A stretch of 64,000 nucleotides of DNA from Solirubrobacteraceae bacterium (lineage in GTDB: Bacteria > Actinomycetota > Thermoleophilia > Solirubrobacterales > Solirubrobacteraceae), in contig JAJCYD010000005.1 of the NCBI GenBank assembly GCA_029263125.1, positions 103,720 to 167,719 of the forward strand, given 5' to 3'. The translations under genes and the position numbers were made by a program. Shown one piece after another: positions 19,002 through 26,917 of the stretch. Position 1 is the stretch's first letter, and every line of letters begins with the position of its first letter. The notes under the pieces are model-generated. The model was not told where the DNA came from, ran no database searches, and saw only the letters and a list, made by a program, of their open reading frames with translations.

Positions 19002-19952
19002 TTGACTCAGATCGGATTCGTCGGCCTCGGAAAGATGGGCGGCAACATGGTCGCCCGCATCACGCGCGACTCCGACCATGACGTCGTCGCCTTCGACCGC
19101 GACCCCGACGTCGTCACGACGATCGCCGAGCAGACCGGCGCCCGGGGCGCCGACTCCCTCGAAGACCTCGTCGGCAAGCTGCAAGCGCCGCGCCTGGTCT
19201 GGATCATGGTCCCCGCGGGCGCGCCCACCCAGGGCACGGTTGATGCCCTCGCCGAGTTGCTGCAAGCAGGCGACACGGTCGTCGACGGCGGCAACTCCAA
19301 GTGGACCGACGACAAGGCCCGCGCCGCGACGCTCGCCGCCGGCGGCATCGACTACGTCGACGTCGGCACGAGCGGCGGCGTCTGGGGGCTGGAGGTCGGC
19401 TACTGCATGATGGTCGGCGGACCCGACGAGGCGGTCACGCGCTTGGCGCCGATCCTCGACGTCCTCGCGCCCGAGACCAACGAGCTCAGCCGCGACGCGA
19501 TCGGCCCGCGCGGGTGGGGGCATTTCGGACCGTCGGGCGCCGGGCACTACGTGAAGATGGTCCACAATGGCGTCGAGTACGGCCTCATGCAGGCCTACGC
19601 GGAGGGCTTTGATCTCTTCGACAAGTCCGAGTACGACCTGGACAACGCGAAGATCGCGCACCTGTGGGGGCAGGGCTCGGTCGTGCGCTCGTGGCTGTGC
19701 GAGCTCGCCGCGCGCGCGTTTGAGCTGCAGGGCAACGACCTCTCAGAGCTCAGCGGCTACACCGCGGACTCCGGCGAGGGCCGCTGGACGATCGCCGAGG
19801 CCATGGACCGCGACGTTCCCACGCCGGTCATCACCGCCTCGCTCTTCGCGCGCTTCTACAGCCGCGCCAACGGCGACTTCACCCACCGCATGCTGTCCGC
19901 GCTGCGCGCGCAGTTCGGCGGGCACGCGACGAAGAAGTCCGCCGACGGATGA
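19002..19952 (+). CDS. gnd: 6-phosphogluconate dehydrogenase, short decarboxylating form
   Basis: IGFVGLGKMGGNMV...DGGNS...KMVHNGVEYGLMQAYAEGF. TTG at 19002 with GGGAG upstream; the longer ORF start is less likely. Confidence 0.85.
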   Translation: MTQIGFVGLGKMGGNMVARITRDSDHDVVAFDRDPDVVTTIAEQTGARGADSLEDLVGKLQAPRLVWIMVPAGAPTQGTVDALAELLQAGDTVVDGGNSKWTDDKARAATLAAGGIDYVDVGTSGGVWGLEVGYCMMVGGPDEAVTRLAPILDVLAPETNELSRDAIGPRGWGHFGPSGAGHYVKMVHNGVEYGLMQAYAEGFDLFDKSEYDLDNAKIAHLWGQGSVVRSWLCELAARAFELQGNDLSELSGYTADSGEGRWTIAEAMDRDVPTPVITASLFARFYSRANGDFTHRMLSALRAQFGGHATKKSADG

Positions 19953-21487
19953 CCCCACCCGCCCAGCCGCCACCAGGCACAAATCCACTGACCGAAGCGC
20001 TCGAGCGCCAACCCGTCCACGCGACGGTGCTCGTGATCTTCGGCGCGACGGGCGACCTCGCCAAGCGCAAGCTGCTGCCCGCGCTCTATAACCTCGCCCA
20101 CGAGGGCGCGCTGCCCGAGCACTTCGCGCTGATCGGCAACGCCCGCTCCGAGCTCTCAGATGAGGAGTTCCGCGCGTCGGCCGTGGCTTCGGTGCGGGAG
20201 TTCTCGCGCCGCGAGCCCGACGAGACGGTGCTCGACAAGCTCTTCGCCGACGCGCGCTACGTGAGCGGGTCCTTCGGCGACGACGAGGTCTTCGAGAGCC
20301 TCGCGACGATCCTGCCCGAGCTCGACGAGCGGGCCGGCGTGACGCTGAACCGCTGCTTCTACCTCTCCACGGCGCCGGAGTTCTTCCCGGTCATCGTCAA
20401 GCAGCTCGGCGCGCACGATCTCGGCGAGCCCGCGGACGCCGAGGCCCGCGTGATCATCGAGAAGCCGTTCGGCACGCGCCTGCAGGAGGCACGCGAGCTC
20501 AACGAGACGGTGCTGTCGGTCTTCGAGGAGCGCCAGGTCTTTCGCATCGACCACTACCTCGGCAAGGAGACCGTCCAGAACGTGCTGGCGCTGCGCTTCG
20601 CCAACGGGATGTTCGAGCCGTTGTGGAACCGCAACTACATCGACCACGTGCAGATCACCGCCTCGGAGGACATCGGGATCGGCACGCGGGCGGGCTACTA
20701 CGACAACGCGGGAGCGCTGCGTGACCTCGTCCAGAACCACATGCTCCAGCTGCTGACGCTGCTGTGCATGGAGCCGCCGGTCGACTTCTCCGCCGACGAG
20801 GTCCGCAATGAGAAGGTCAAGGTCCTGCGCGCGATCCACGCCCCGACCGAGGACGAGGTCGCCGACATGACGGTGCGAGGGCAGTACACCGCGGGCAACG
20901 TCGCCGGCGTGGATGTGCCGGGCTACCTCGACGAGGACGGCGTGCCCGAGGACTCCCACACCGAGACGTTCGCGGCGCTGCGCCTGGAGGTCGACAACTG
21001 GCGCTGGGCGGGCGTGCCGATGGTGCTTCGCACCGGCAAGTCGCTGGCGCGCAAGGTCACCGAGATCGCCGTGACGCTCAAGCCCGTCCCCCACATCGCC
21101 TTTACCGGCGAGGGCTCCCAAGGCGTGCGGCCCAACGTGCTCGTGCTGACCGTGCAGCCCAACGAGGGCGTCTCGCTGGCGATCGGCGCGAAGATCCCCG
21201 GCACGCGGATGGCGATCCGCCAGGTGCAGATGGAGTTTCTCTACGGCTCGGCGTTCTTGTCGCAGTCACCGGAGGCCTACGAGCGGCTGATCCTCGACGC
21301 GATGCGCGGCGACGCGACGCTCTTCACCCGCAACGACGAGGTCGAGGCGCAGTGGAACATCATCGACCCGATCATCGCCGCCTGGCAGCGGACGACCGAG
21401 CCGCCGGCGCGCTATGAGGCCGGCTCGCAGGGACCCGCCGAAGCGCAGACGCTGCTCGGCGCCAATCGCGCGTGGAGGATGATCTGA
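19949..21487 (+). CDS. zwf: Glucose-6-phosphate 1-dehydrogenase
   Basis: VIFGATGDLAKRKL, RIDHYLGKE and EKPFG motifs. ATGA overlap with gnd. Confidence 0.93.
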   Translation: MTPPAQPPPGTNPLTEALERQPVHATVLVIFGATGDLAKRKLLPALYNLAHEGALPEHFALIGNARSELSDEEFRASAVASVREFSRREPDETVLDKLFADARYVSGSFGDDEVFESLATILPELDERAGVTLNRCFYLSTAPEFFPVIVKQLGAHDLGEPADAEARVIIEKPFGTRLQEARELNETVLSVFEERQVFRIDHYLGKETVQNVLALRFANGMFEPLWNRNYIDHVQITASEDIGIGTRAGYYDNAGALRDLVQNHMLQLLTLLCMEPPVDFSADEVRNEKVKVLRAIHAPTEDEVADMTVRGQYTAGNVAGVDVPGYLDEDGVPEDSHTETFAALRLEVDNWRWAGVPMVLRTGKSLARKVTEIAVTLKPVPHIAFTGEGSQGVRPNVLVLTVQPNEGVSLAIGAKIPGTRMAIRQVQMEFLYGSAFLSQSPEAYERLILDAMRGDATLFTRNDEVEAQWNIIDPIIAAWQRTTEPPARYEAGSQGPAEAQTLLGANRAWRMI

Positions 21488-22575
21488 GCCCCACGGCCGT
21501 CAGCGACGCCGTCTGGAGCGCGCAGGACACGACCCCCGCGGCGATCGAGGCCGCGCTGAGCACGCTCGTCGCCGAGCGCCATCGCGAGAACGAGTGCTAC
21601 GTCGCCGCGCGCGCGCTGAACCTCGTGTGCATCGTCGACGCGCAGTTCAGCGGCGAGGTCGCCAACCGCCTGCGCCGCGTCGGGCGCTACCACGCGTCGC
21701 GAACCGTCGTCTGCTCGGTCTCGCCCGGCCGCGCGACGATCGATGCGCGCGCGACGGTCGCCTCGGAGGCCGACCCGCGCCCCGGCGAGTTCTCGCTGAT
21801 GCGCGAGACGGTCGTCGTGTCGGTCGGCGAGCGCCACGTCCCCCACCTCGCCCGGATCGTCGACCCGCTCGTGGTGACCGACCTGTCGACCGTCGTGTGG
21901 TCGCCGCACGGCAATCGCGCCGCGGTGGACTCCCTCGTCGCGCCGGCCGGCGGCACGCGGCCGATCGCGCAAACCGTGTTGCTGGACTCCGCCAGCGAGC
22001 CCGATCAGCGCGCGGCGCTTGACCGCGTCTGCACCCTAGCCCAGCGCGCCGCCGTCGTGGACCTCGGGTGGCTGCGCGCGACGCCGTGGCGCGAGCGCGT
22101 CGCCGCGCACTACGACCCCGCCGGCCGCCGGCCCGAGCTCGGCACGATCTCCAAGGTCTCCGTGCGCCATGGCTCCGATTCGCTGGTGTCCGGGCTGCTG
22201 CTGATCGGCTGGCTGTGCGACCGGTTGGGCTGGCGGCCCGAGCAGCTCACGCGCCACGGCGACCTGCTGCGCGGCCGCGCGCGCTCACGGCGCGGCGAGG
22301 TGGAGCTGCGCCTCGAGCCGACCGGGATCATGCGCGTGCCGGGCCTGTCGGGCGTGGAGATCCGTTCGGACCTCGGCTCGGTGCTGGCGCTTGAGCGCGG
22401 CGAGGGCGGGCTGACGGCGCGCCGCACCGAGCGCGGCGGTGAGCAGCGCTCGTGGACGGTGCTCGGCGCCTCGCGCGGCGAACCCGGGATCCTGGGCGAG
22501 GGCATCCGACACACGCTGCTGCCAGACGCCACCTACGCTCCCGCGCTGGCGGCCGCACGGAGCATGCTCGCGTGA
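21472..22575 (+). CDS. opcA: Glucose-6-phosphate dehydrogenase assembly protein OpcA
   Basis: Lies immediately after zwf with a 16-nt overlap. ARALNLVCIVD...RYHASRTVV pattern is typical of OpcA. Confidence 0.8.
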   Translation: MEDDLSPTAVSDAVWSAQDTTPAAIEAALSTLVAERHRENECYVAARALNLVCIVDAQFSGEVANRLRRVGRYHASRTVVCSVSPGRATIDARATVASEADPRPGEFSLMRETVVVSVGERHVPHLARIVDPLVVTDLSTVVWSPHGNRAAVDSLVAPAGGTRPIAQTVLLDSASEPDQRAALDRVCTLAQRAAVVDLGWLRATPWRERVAAHYDPAGRRPELGTISKVSVRHGSDSLVSGLLLIGWLCDRLGWRPEQLTRHGDLLRGRARSRRGEVELRLEPTGIMRVPGLSGVEIRSDLGSVLALERGEGGLTARRTERGGEQRSWTVLGASRGEPGILGEGIRHTLLPDATYAPALAAARSMLA

Positions 22576-24494
22576 AGCAGGTCGTCTCCAGCTCGCCGCT
22601 GGGCGGCAGCCCGTTCCCGCCGATCGCCGACTACGCGTTCCTGTCGGACTGCGAGGCCACGGCGCTCGTGGCGCCCAACGGCAACGTCGAGTGGATGTGC
22701 GTCCCGCGGATGGACAGCCCGAGCCTGTTCGGCGCGATGCTCGATCGCGACGCGGGGATGTTCACCCTGTCACCGGCCGATACCAACGTGCCCGCCGGCC
22801 GGCGCTACCTGCCGGGAACGAACATCCTGGAGACGACGTGGGGAACGAAGTCCGGCTGGCTGATCGTTCGCGACGTGCTGCTCGTCGGCCCGTGGCGCCA
22901 TGACCGCGACCGGTCGCAGACCCATCGCCGCTCGCCAACCGACTACGACGCCGAGCATGTCCTGCTGCGCACGCTGCGCTGTGTCAACGGAACCGTGCAG
23001 ATGCAGATGGAGTGCGACCCGATCTACGACTACGGCCGCTGCCCCGCGGAATGGGAGTACGCGGGCGAGGCCTATGAGGAGTGCACGGCGACCTTCGAGG
23101 GCTGCGACCTGACGCTGAGCCTGCGCTCGGACCTGCGCCTCGGCATCGAGGGCGCCCGCGTGCAGGCGCGATCGACGATGCACGACGGCGACCTCGCCTA
23201 CGTGGCGATGAGCTGGGGCGGGCACCCGGCCCCGCAGGACTTCGAGGACGCCTACAAGCGCCTGGTGTTCACCGCCGACTACTGGCACGAGTGGCTCTCG
23301 CAGGGCCGCTTCCCCGATCATCCGTGGCGCGAGCACCTGCAGCGCTCGGCGCTGACGCTCAAGGGCCTGTCCTACGCGCCGACGGGCGCGCTCCTCGCGG
23401 CGCCGACCACGTCGCTGCCCGAGACCCCGGGCGGCAACCGCAACTGGGACTACCGCTACACGTGGATCCGCGACTCCACGTTCATGCTGTGGAGCCTGTA
23501 CTCGCTGGGCTTCGACTGGGAGGCCGACGACTTCTTCAACTTCCTCGCCGAGGTCTGCGACCAGGATGGCCTGCAGGTCATGTACGGCATCGGCGGAGAG
23601 CGCGAGCTCGACGAGTCCGAGCTCGATCATCTCGGGGGCTATGAGAACGCCCGGCCGGTGCGGATCGGAAACGGCGCCTACAAGCACCGCCAGCACGACG
23701 TCTGGGGCAGCTTCCTGGACTCCTTCTACCTGCACACGAAGTCGCGCGACAGCCTGCGCGAGCGCTACTGGCCGCTGATCTACGACCAGGTCGAGCAGGC
23801 ACTGACGCACTGGCGCGAGCCCGACCGGGGCATCTGGGAGATCCGCGGCGAGCCCCAGCACTTCACGTTCTCGAAGATCATGTGCTGGGTCGCCGCCGAC
23901 CGCGGCGCGCGCCTGGCGCGCCTGCGCGAGGACGACGAGCGCGCCGAGCGCTGGCAGGCGGCTGCCGACGAGATCCACGCCGACGTGCTCGAACACGGCG
24001 TCGACGAGCGCGGGGTGCTCACCCAGCGATACGGCTCGCCGGCCCTGGATGCGTCGCTGCTGATGATCCCGCTCGTGCGCTTCCTGCCGCCCGACGACGA
24101 GCGCGTCGTGAGGACCGTCAACGCGATCGCCGAGGAGCTGACGGTCCACGGGCTCGTGCTGCGCTACCGCGTCGACGAGACCGACGACGGCCTGGATGCC
24201 CAGGAGGAGGGCACGTTCACGATCTGCTCGTTCTGGCTGGTCAGTGCTCTGTCGGAGATCGGCGAGCACCGCCGCGCGCGTGAGCTGTGCGAGCGACTGC
24301 TGGCCTACGCCAGCCCGCTGCTGCTCTACGCCGAGGAGCTCGACCCGCAGTCCGGGCGCCACCTGGGCAACTTCCCGCAGGCCTTCACGCACCTGGCACT
24401 GATCAACGCCACGTTGCACGTGATCCGCGCCGACGACCGGCTCGCCCAGGAGAACCAGGTGCTCGACGCCACGCGCCGGGAGTCCGAGCCGTGA
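22572..24494 (+). CDS. Glycoside hydrolase family 15 protein (trehalase/glucoamylase-like)
   Basis: IADYAFLSDCEATALVAPNGNVEWMCVPRMDSP...NWDYRYTWIRDS...FWLVSAL. GTGA overlap with the opcA stop. Confidence 0.85.
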   Translation: MKQVVSSSPLGGSPFPPIADYAFLSDCEATALVAPNGNVEWMCVPRMDSPSLFGAMLDRDAGMFTLSPADTNVPAGRRYLPGTNILETTWGTKSGWLIVRDVLLVGPWRHDRDRSQTHRRSPTDYDAEHVLLRTLRCVNGTVQMQMECDPIYDYGRCPAEWEYAGEAYEECTATFEGCDLTLSLRSDLRLGIEGARVQARSTMHDGDLAYVAMSWGGHPAPQDFEDAYKRLVFTADYWHEWLSQGRFPDHPWREHLQRSALTLKGLSYAPTGALLAAPTTSLPETPGGNRNWDYRYTWIRDSTFMLWSLYSLGFDWEADDFFNFLAEVCDQDGLQVMYGIGGERELDESELDHLGGYENARPVRIGNGAYKHRQHDVWGSFLDSFYLHTKSRDSLRERYWPLIYDQVEQALTHWREPDRGIWEIRGEPQHFTFSKIMCWVAADRGARLARLREDDERAERWQAAADEIHADVLEHGVDERGVLTQRYGSPALDASLLMIPLVRFLPPDDERVVRTVNAIAEELTVHGLVLRYRVDETDDGLDAQEEGTFTICSFWLVSALSEIGEHRRARELCERLLAYASPLLLYAEELDPQSGRHLGNFPQAFTHLALINATLHVIRADDRLAQENQVLDATRRESEP

Positions 24495-25201
24495 CGCGCG
24501 TGCGTTCGTTTCCCGACGCCGAGGCCGTCGCCCGCTATGCCGCAGACGCGCTCGCGTGGCGGATCGGCGATGCGCGCAAGTCGGGCCGGGAGGTGCACAT
24601 CGCGCTCGCCGGCGGGGGAACGCCGCGCCGCACCTACGAGCTGCTGGCGGACATCGAGGCGGCGTGGAATCACGTCCATCTGTGGCTCGGCGACGAGCGT
24701 TGCGTGCCGCCCGACCACCCCGACTCCAACGCGCGGATGGTGCGCGAGTCGCTGTATGCCAACGCGCGCGCCGAGCCTCCGAAGCTGCACGAACTGCCTT
24801 CGCCCGAGGTTCCCGAGGACGCTGCCTGGCTCTACGGCCTGCAGATCCGCGATGCGATGCCGGACCTCGTCTTCGACATCGTGCTGCTCGGCATGGGGCC
24901 TGACGGGCACACGGCCTCGCTGTTCCCCGGTCACCCGGGGCTGCGCGCAACCGAGGCGCCCTGCATCGCCGTGCGCGACTCGCCCAAGCCACCGCCCGAG
25001 CGCGTGACGCTGACGCTGCCGGTGCTGCGCCGCGCCCGCCACACCCTGCTGCTCGTGACCGGCGCCGACAAGCGCGAGGCGCTGGCGCGGACGCTGGCGG
25101 GCGATGAGTCGCTGCCGCTGGCGTTGCTGGGAGCGGGGTTGGACGAGGTCGCGTGCGACCCGGCCGCCGCCGCGGCCGACCCGACATCGTCGCGGCGCTG
25201 A
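24491..25201 (+). CDS. pgl: 6-phosphogluconolactonase
   Basis: HIALAGGGTPRRTYELL...HLWLGDERCVP...LLGMGPDGHTASLFPG. GTGA overlap with the GH15 stop. Confidence 0.88.
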   Translation: MTRVRSFPDAEAVARYAADALAWRIGDARKSGREVHIALAGGGTPRRTYELLADIEAAWNHVHLWLGDERCVPPDHPDSNARMVRESLYANARAEPPKLHELPSPEVPEDAAWLYGLQIRDAMPDLVFDIVLLGMGPDGHTASLFPGHPGLRATEAPCIAVRDSPKPPPERVTLTLPVLRRARHTLLLVTGADKREALARTLAGDESLPLALLGAGLDEVACDPAAAAADPTSSRR

Positions 25202-25214
25202 GGTGTGAATCCGT

Positions 25215-25364
25215 TTGGCGCTGCTGGACGGCACCCGTGATCGCACCGCGCTGGTGGCAGCGCCGGCCGGGGCCGACGGCGTCGCGCAGGTCGACCTCGC
25301 GGCCGACATGGATCTCAGCCTGAGCACGCTCGCGCGCGTGGCGCTGCTCAGGCCCGACCAGTGA
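25215..25364 (+). CDS. Candidate small ORF (49 codons, below the track cutoff) or a gene fragment
   Basis: TTG start 9 nt after AGGTG. 46 of 50 codons end in G/C while second positions are balanced. Reads (M)ALLDGTRDRTALVAAPAGADGVAQVDLAADMDLSLSTLARVALLRPDQ. Confidence 0.3.
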   Translation: MALLDGTRDRTALVAAPAGADGVAQVDLAADMDLSLSTLARVALLRPDQ

Positions 25365-25405
25365 TGTGTCGTCCGCGACAGGCCGGCGCGCGATGATGGC
25401 GCCGC

Positions 25406-25986
25406 ATGCTCGCCTCCGCGGCCGCTGCCGCCGCCCTCGCCGCCTTCGCGCCCGTCGTCGTCCACGACTCGCGCGAGCGCTCGCTGCTGACCTCGGTCGC
25501 GGCCGCGTCGGTCCCCGCGCCCGGCCGCGGCGGCGATCTGCGACCCGCGGTCTACGGGCGGGCGGCGCCGGCCGACGGCGACGCGACGTGGTTGCAGTAC
25601 TGGCTGTTCTCCGCCCGCCAGGACCAGGACCGCGGCACGAGGCCGACGGCCGTGGGCGGGCGCTGCGCGGGCGGCTCGTGCGCGTGACGGCGTCGTCGCC
25701 GAGCTGGATGACCTACGGCGGCCGGTGGGGCGGCGCGCGCGCACGCTGGTGGGTGCCCGGCGAGCAGGACTCGCCGCCCGGACCGGCCTTTCAGCAGCAG
25801 GGCCGCTGGAGCGATCCCGACGGCTGGGCGCGCGCCGCGTCGTCGTGCCGCGCGGACTGCGACGAGGTCGACGAGTGCGACGGCGCCGAGCAGGCGCTGG
25901 GCGGCGGGGCCGCCGCCGGCGCGGCGGGGCTGGGGTTGCTGGTCATCCGCCGCAGGCGCCGGCGCGATCGGCCAGCGAGCGCTTGA
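25406..25986 (+). pseudogene. Frameshifted remnant of a secreted/membrane-anchored protein
   Basis: The signal-like N-terminus and ...ATWLQYWLFSARQDQDRG sit in one frame. HEAD...SPSWMTYGGRWGG...SPPGPAFQQQGRWSDPDGW...CDEVDECDG...TM...RRRRRR sit in another. The junction is near 25634-25638. The 581-nt span is not a multiple of 3. Confidence 0.45.
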
Positions 25987-26047
25987 CGACGACGGCCAAT
26001 GGTCGGATCCATGTGCCGCCGGATCGCTGACGCCATAGCCTGGGCGT

Positions 26048-26470
26048 ATGACCACGCAGCCGCCGGCGTCGCAACCGCCGACCCTCTACGACGCGGTCGG
26101 CGGCGAGCCGGCGTTTCGCCGGATCGTCGCTCGCTTCTACGAGCTCGTCGCGGTCGACGAGATCCTGCGTCCGGTGTACCCCGAGGCTGATCTCGCGCCC
26201 GCCGAGGAGCGCCTCAGGCTCTACCTCATCGAGCATTGGGGAGGTCCCGCGGCCTACACGCAGCTGCGCGGCCCGGCGCGCCTGGCGGCCCGCCACATGC
26301 CGTTTCGGATCACACGAGCGCATCGGGACGCCTGGCTGCGAGCGATGCGCATCGCTCTCGACGAGGCCGGCCTCGCGACGGAGCACCGCGATCGCCTCTG
26401 GGGCCACCTGGAGACCGTGGCGACGAACCTGACGACCCACGAAACGCCGTCGACCCTGCGGATGCGCTAA
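26048..26470 (+). CDS. glbO: Group II truncated hemoglobin
   Basis: LYDAVGGEPAFRRIVARFYELVAVDEILRPVYPE...LRLYLIEHWGGP...RLAARHMPFRI...RDAWLRAM. Confidence 0.88.
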   Translation: MTTQPPASQPPTLYDAVGGEPAFRRIVARFYELVAVDEILRPVYPEADLAPAEERLRLYLIEHWGGPAAYTQLRGPARLAARHMPFRITRAHRDAWLRAMRIALDEAGLATEHRDRLWGHLETVATNLTTHETPSTLRMR

Positions 26471-26661
26471 GCCGGCATCCACGGATCGGTGAGATCCGGG
26501 CTAAGGGTCCGCGCAGGAAGATGTGCGGGGGTCTGGCTGCCCGATCGTGGATGCCAGGCGACGCGCGCGAGCGCAGGCGGGCGCCAGCCCGTCGAGCATC
26601 GCGCGTGGCGTCTGGCGCCGCGAGACGGTGGCCAGACACCGCAGGTATTCATGCTCGGGCC

Positions 26662-26862
26662 CTAAGCCCGGTCGTTGCCGAGCAGGTCCTCGACGGTCGG
26701 CTGCTCTCGGACGATCTCGTCGACGTCCTGAGCGTCCTGTACGACCTGCTCGGTCGACGGCGCGCCGTCGAGCACCTCCTGCGTGGACGGGCTCTGGACC
26801 TCCGGAAGCTTCGGATGCGCGTGGACGCTGCGACGCCGCGGACCGTCGGCGGAATGGCTCAT
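26662..26862 (-). CDS. Small acidic hypothetical protein (66 aa)
   Basis: AGGAG lies 6 nt upstream of the ATG and GC3 is high. No family recognised. Lies 55 nt downstream of the secreted-protein gene on the same strand. Confidence 0.6.
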   Translation of the reverse strand: MSHSADGPRRRSVHAHPKLPEVQSPSTQEVLDGAPSTEQVVQDAQDVDEIVREQPTVEDLLGNDRA

Positions 26863-26917
26863 CGTCTGCTCCTACCCGCTGGCGCCGCGCTCTCACGCGG
26901 ATGCGGCGGAGCCGTGC

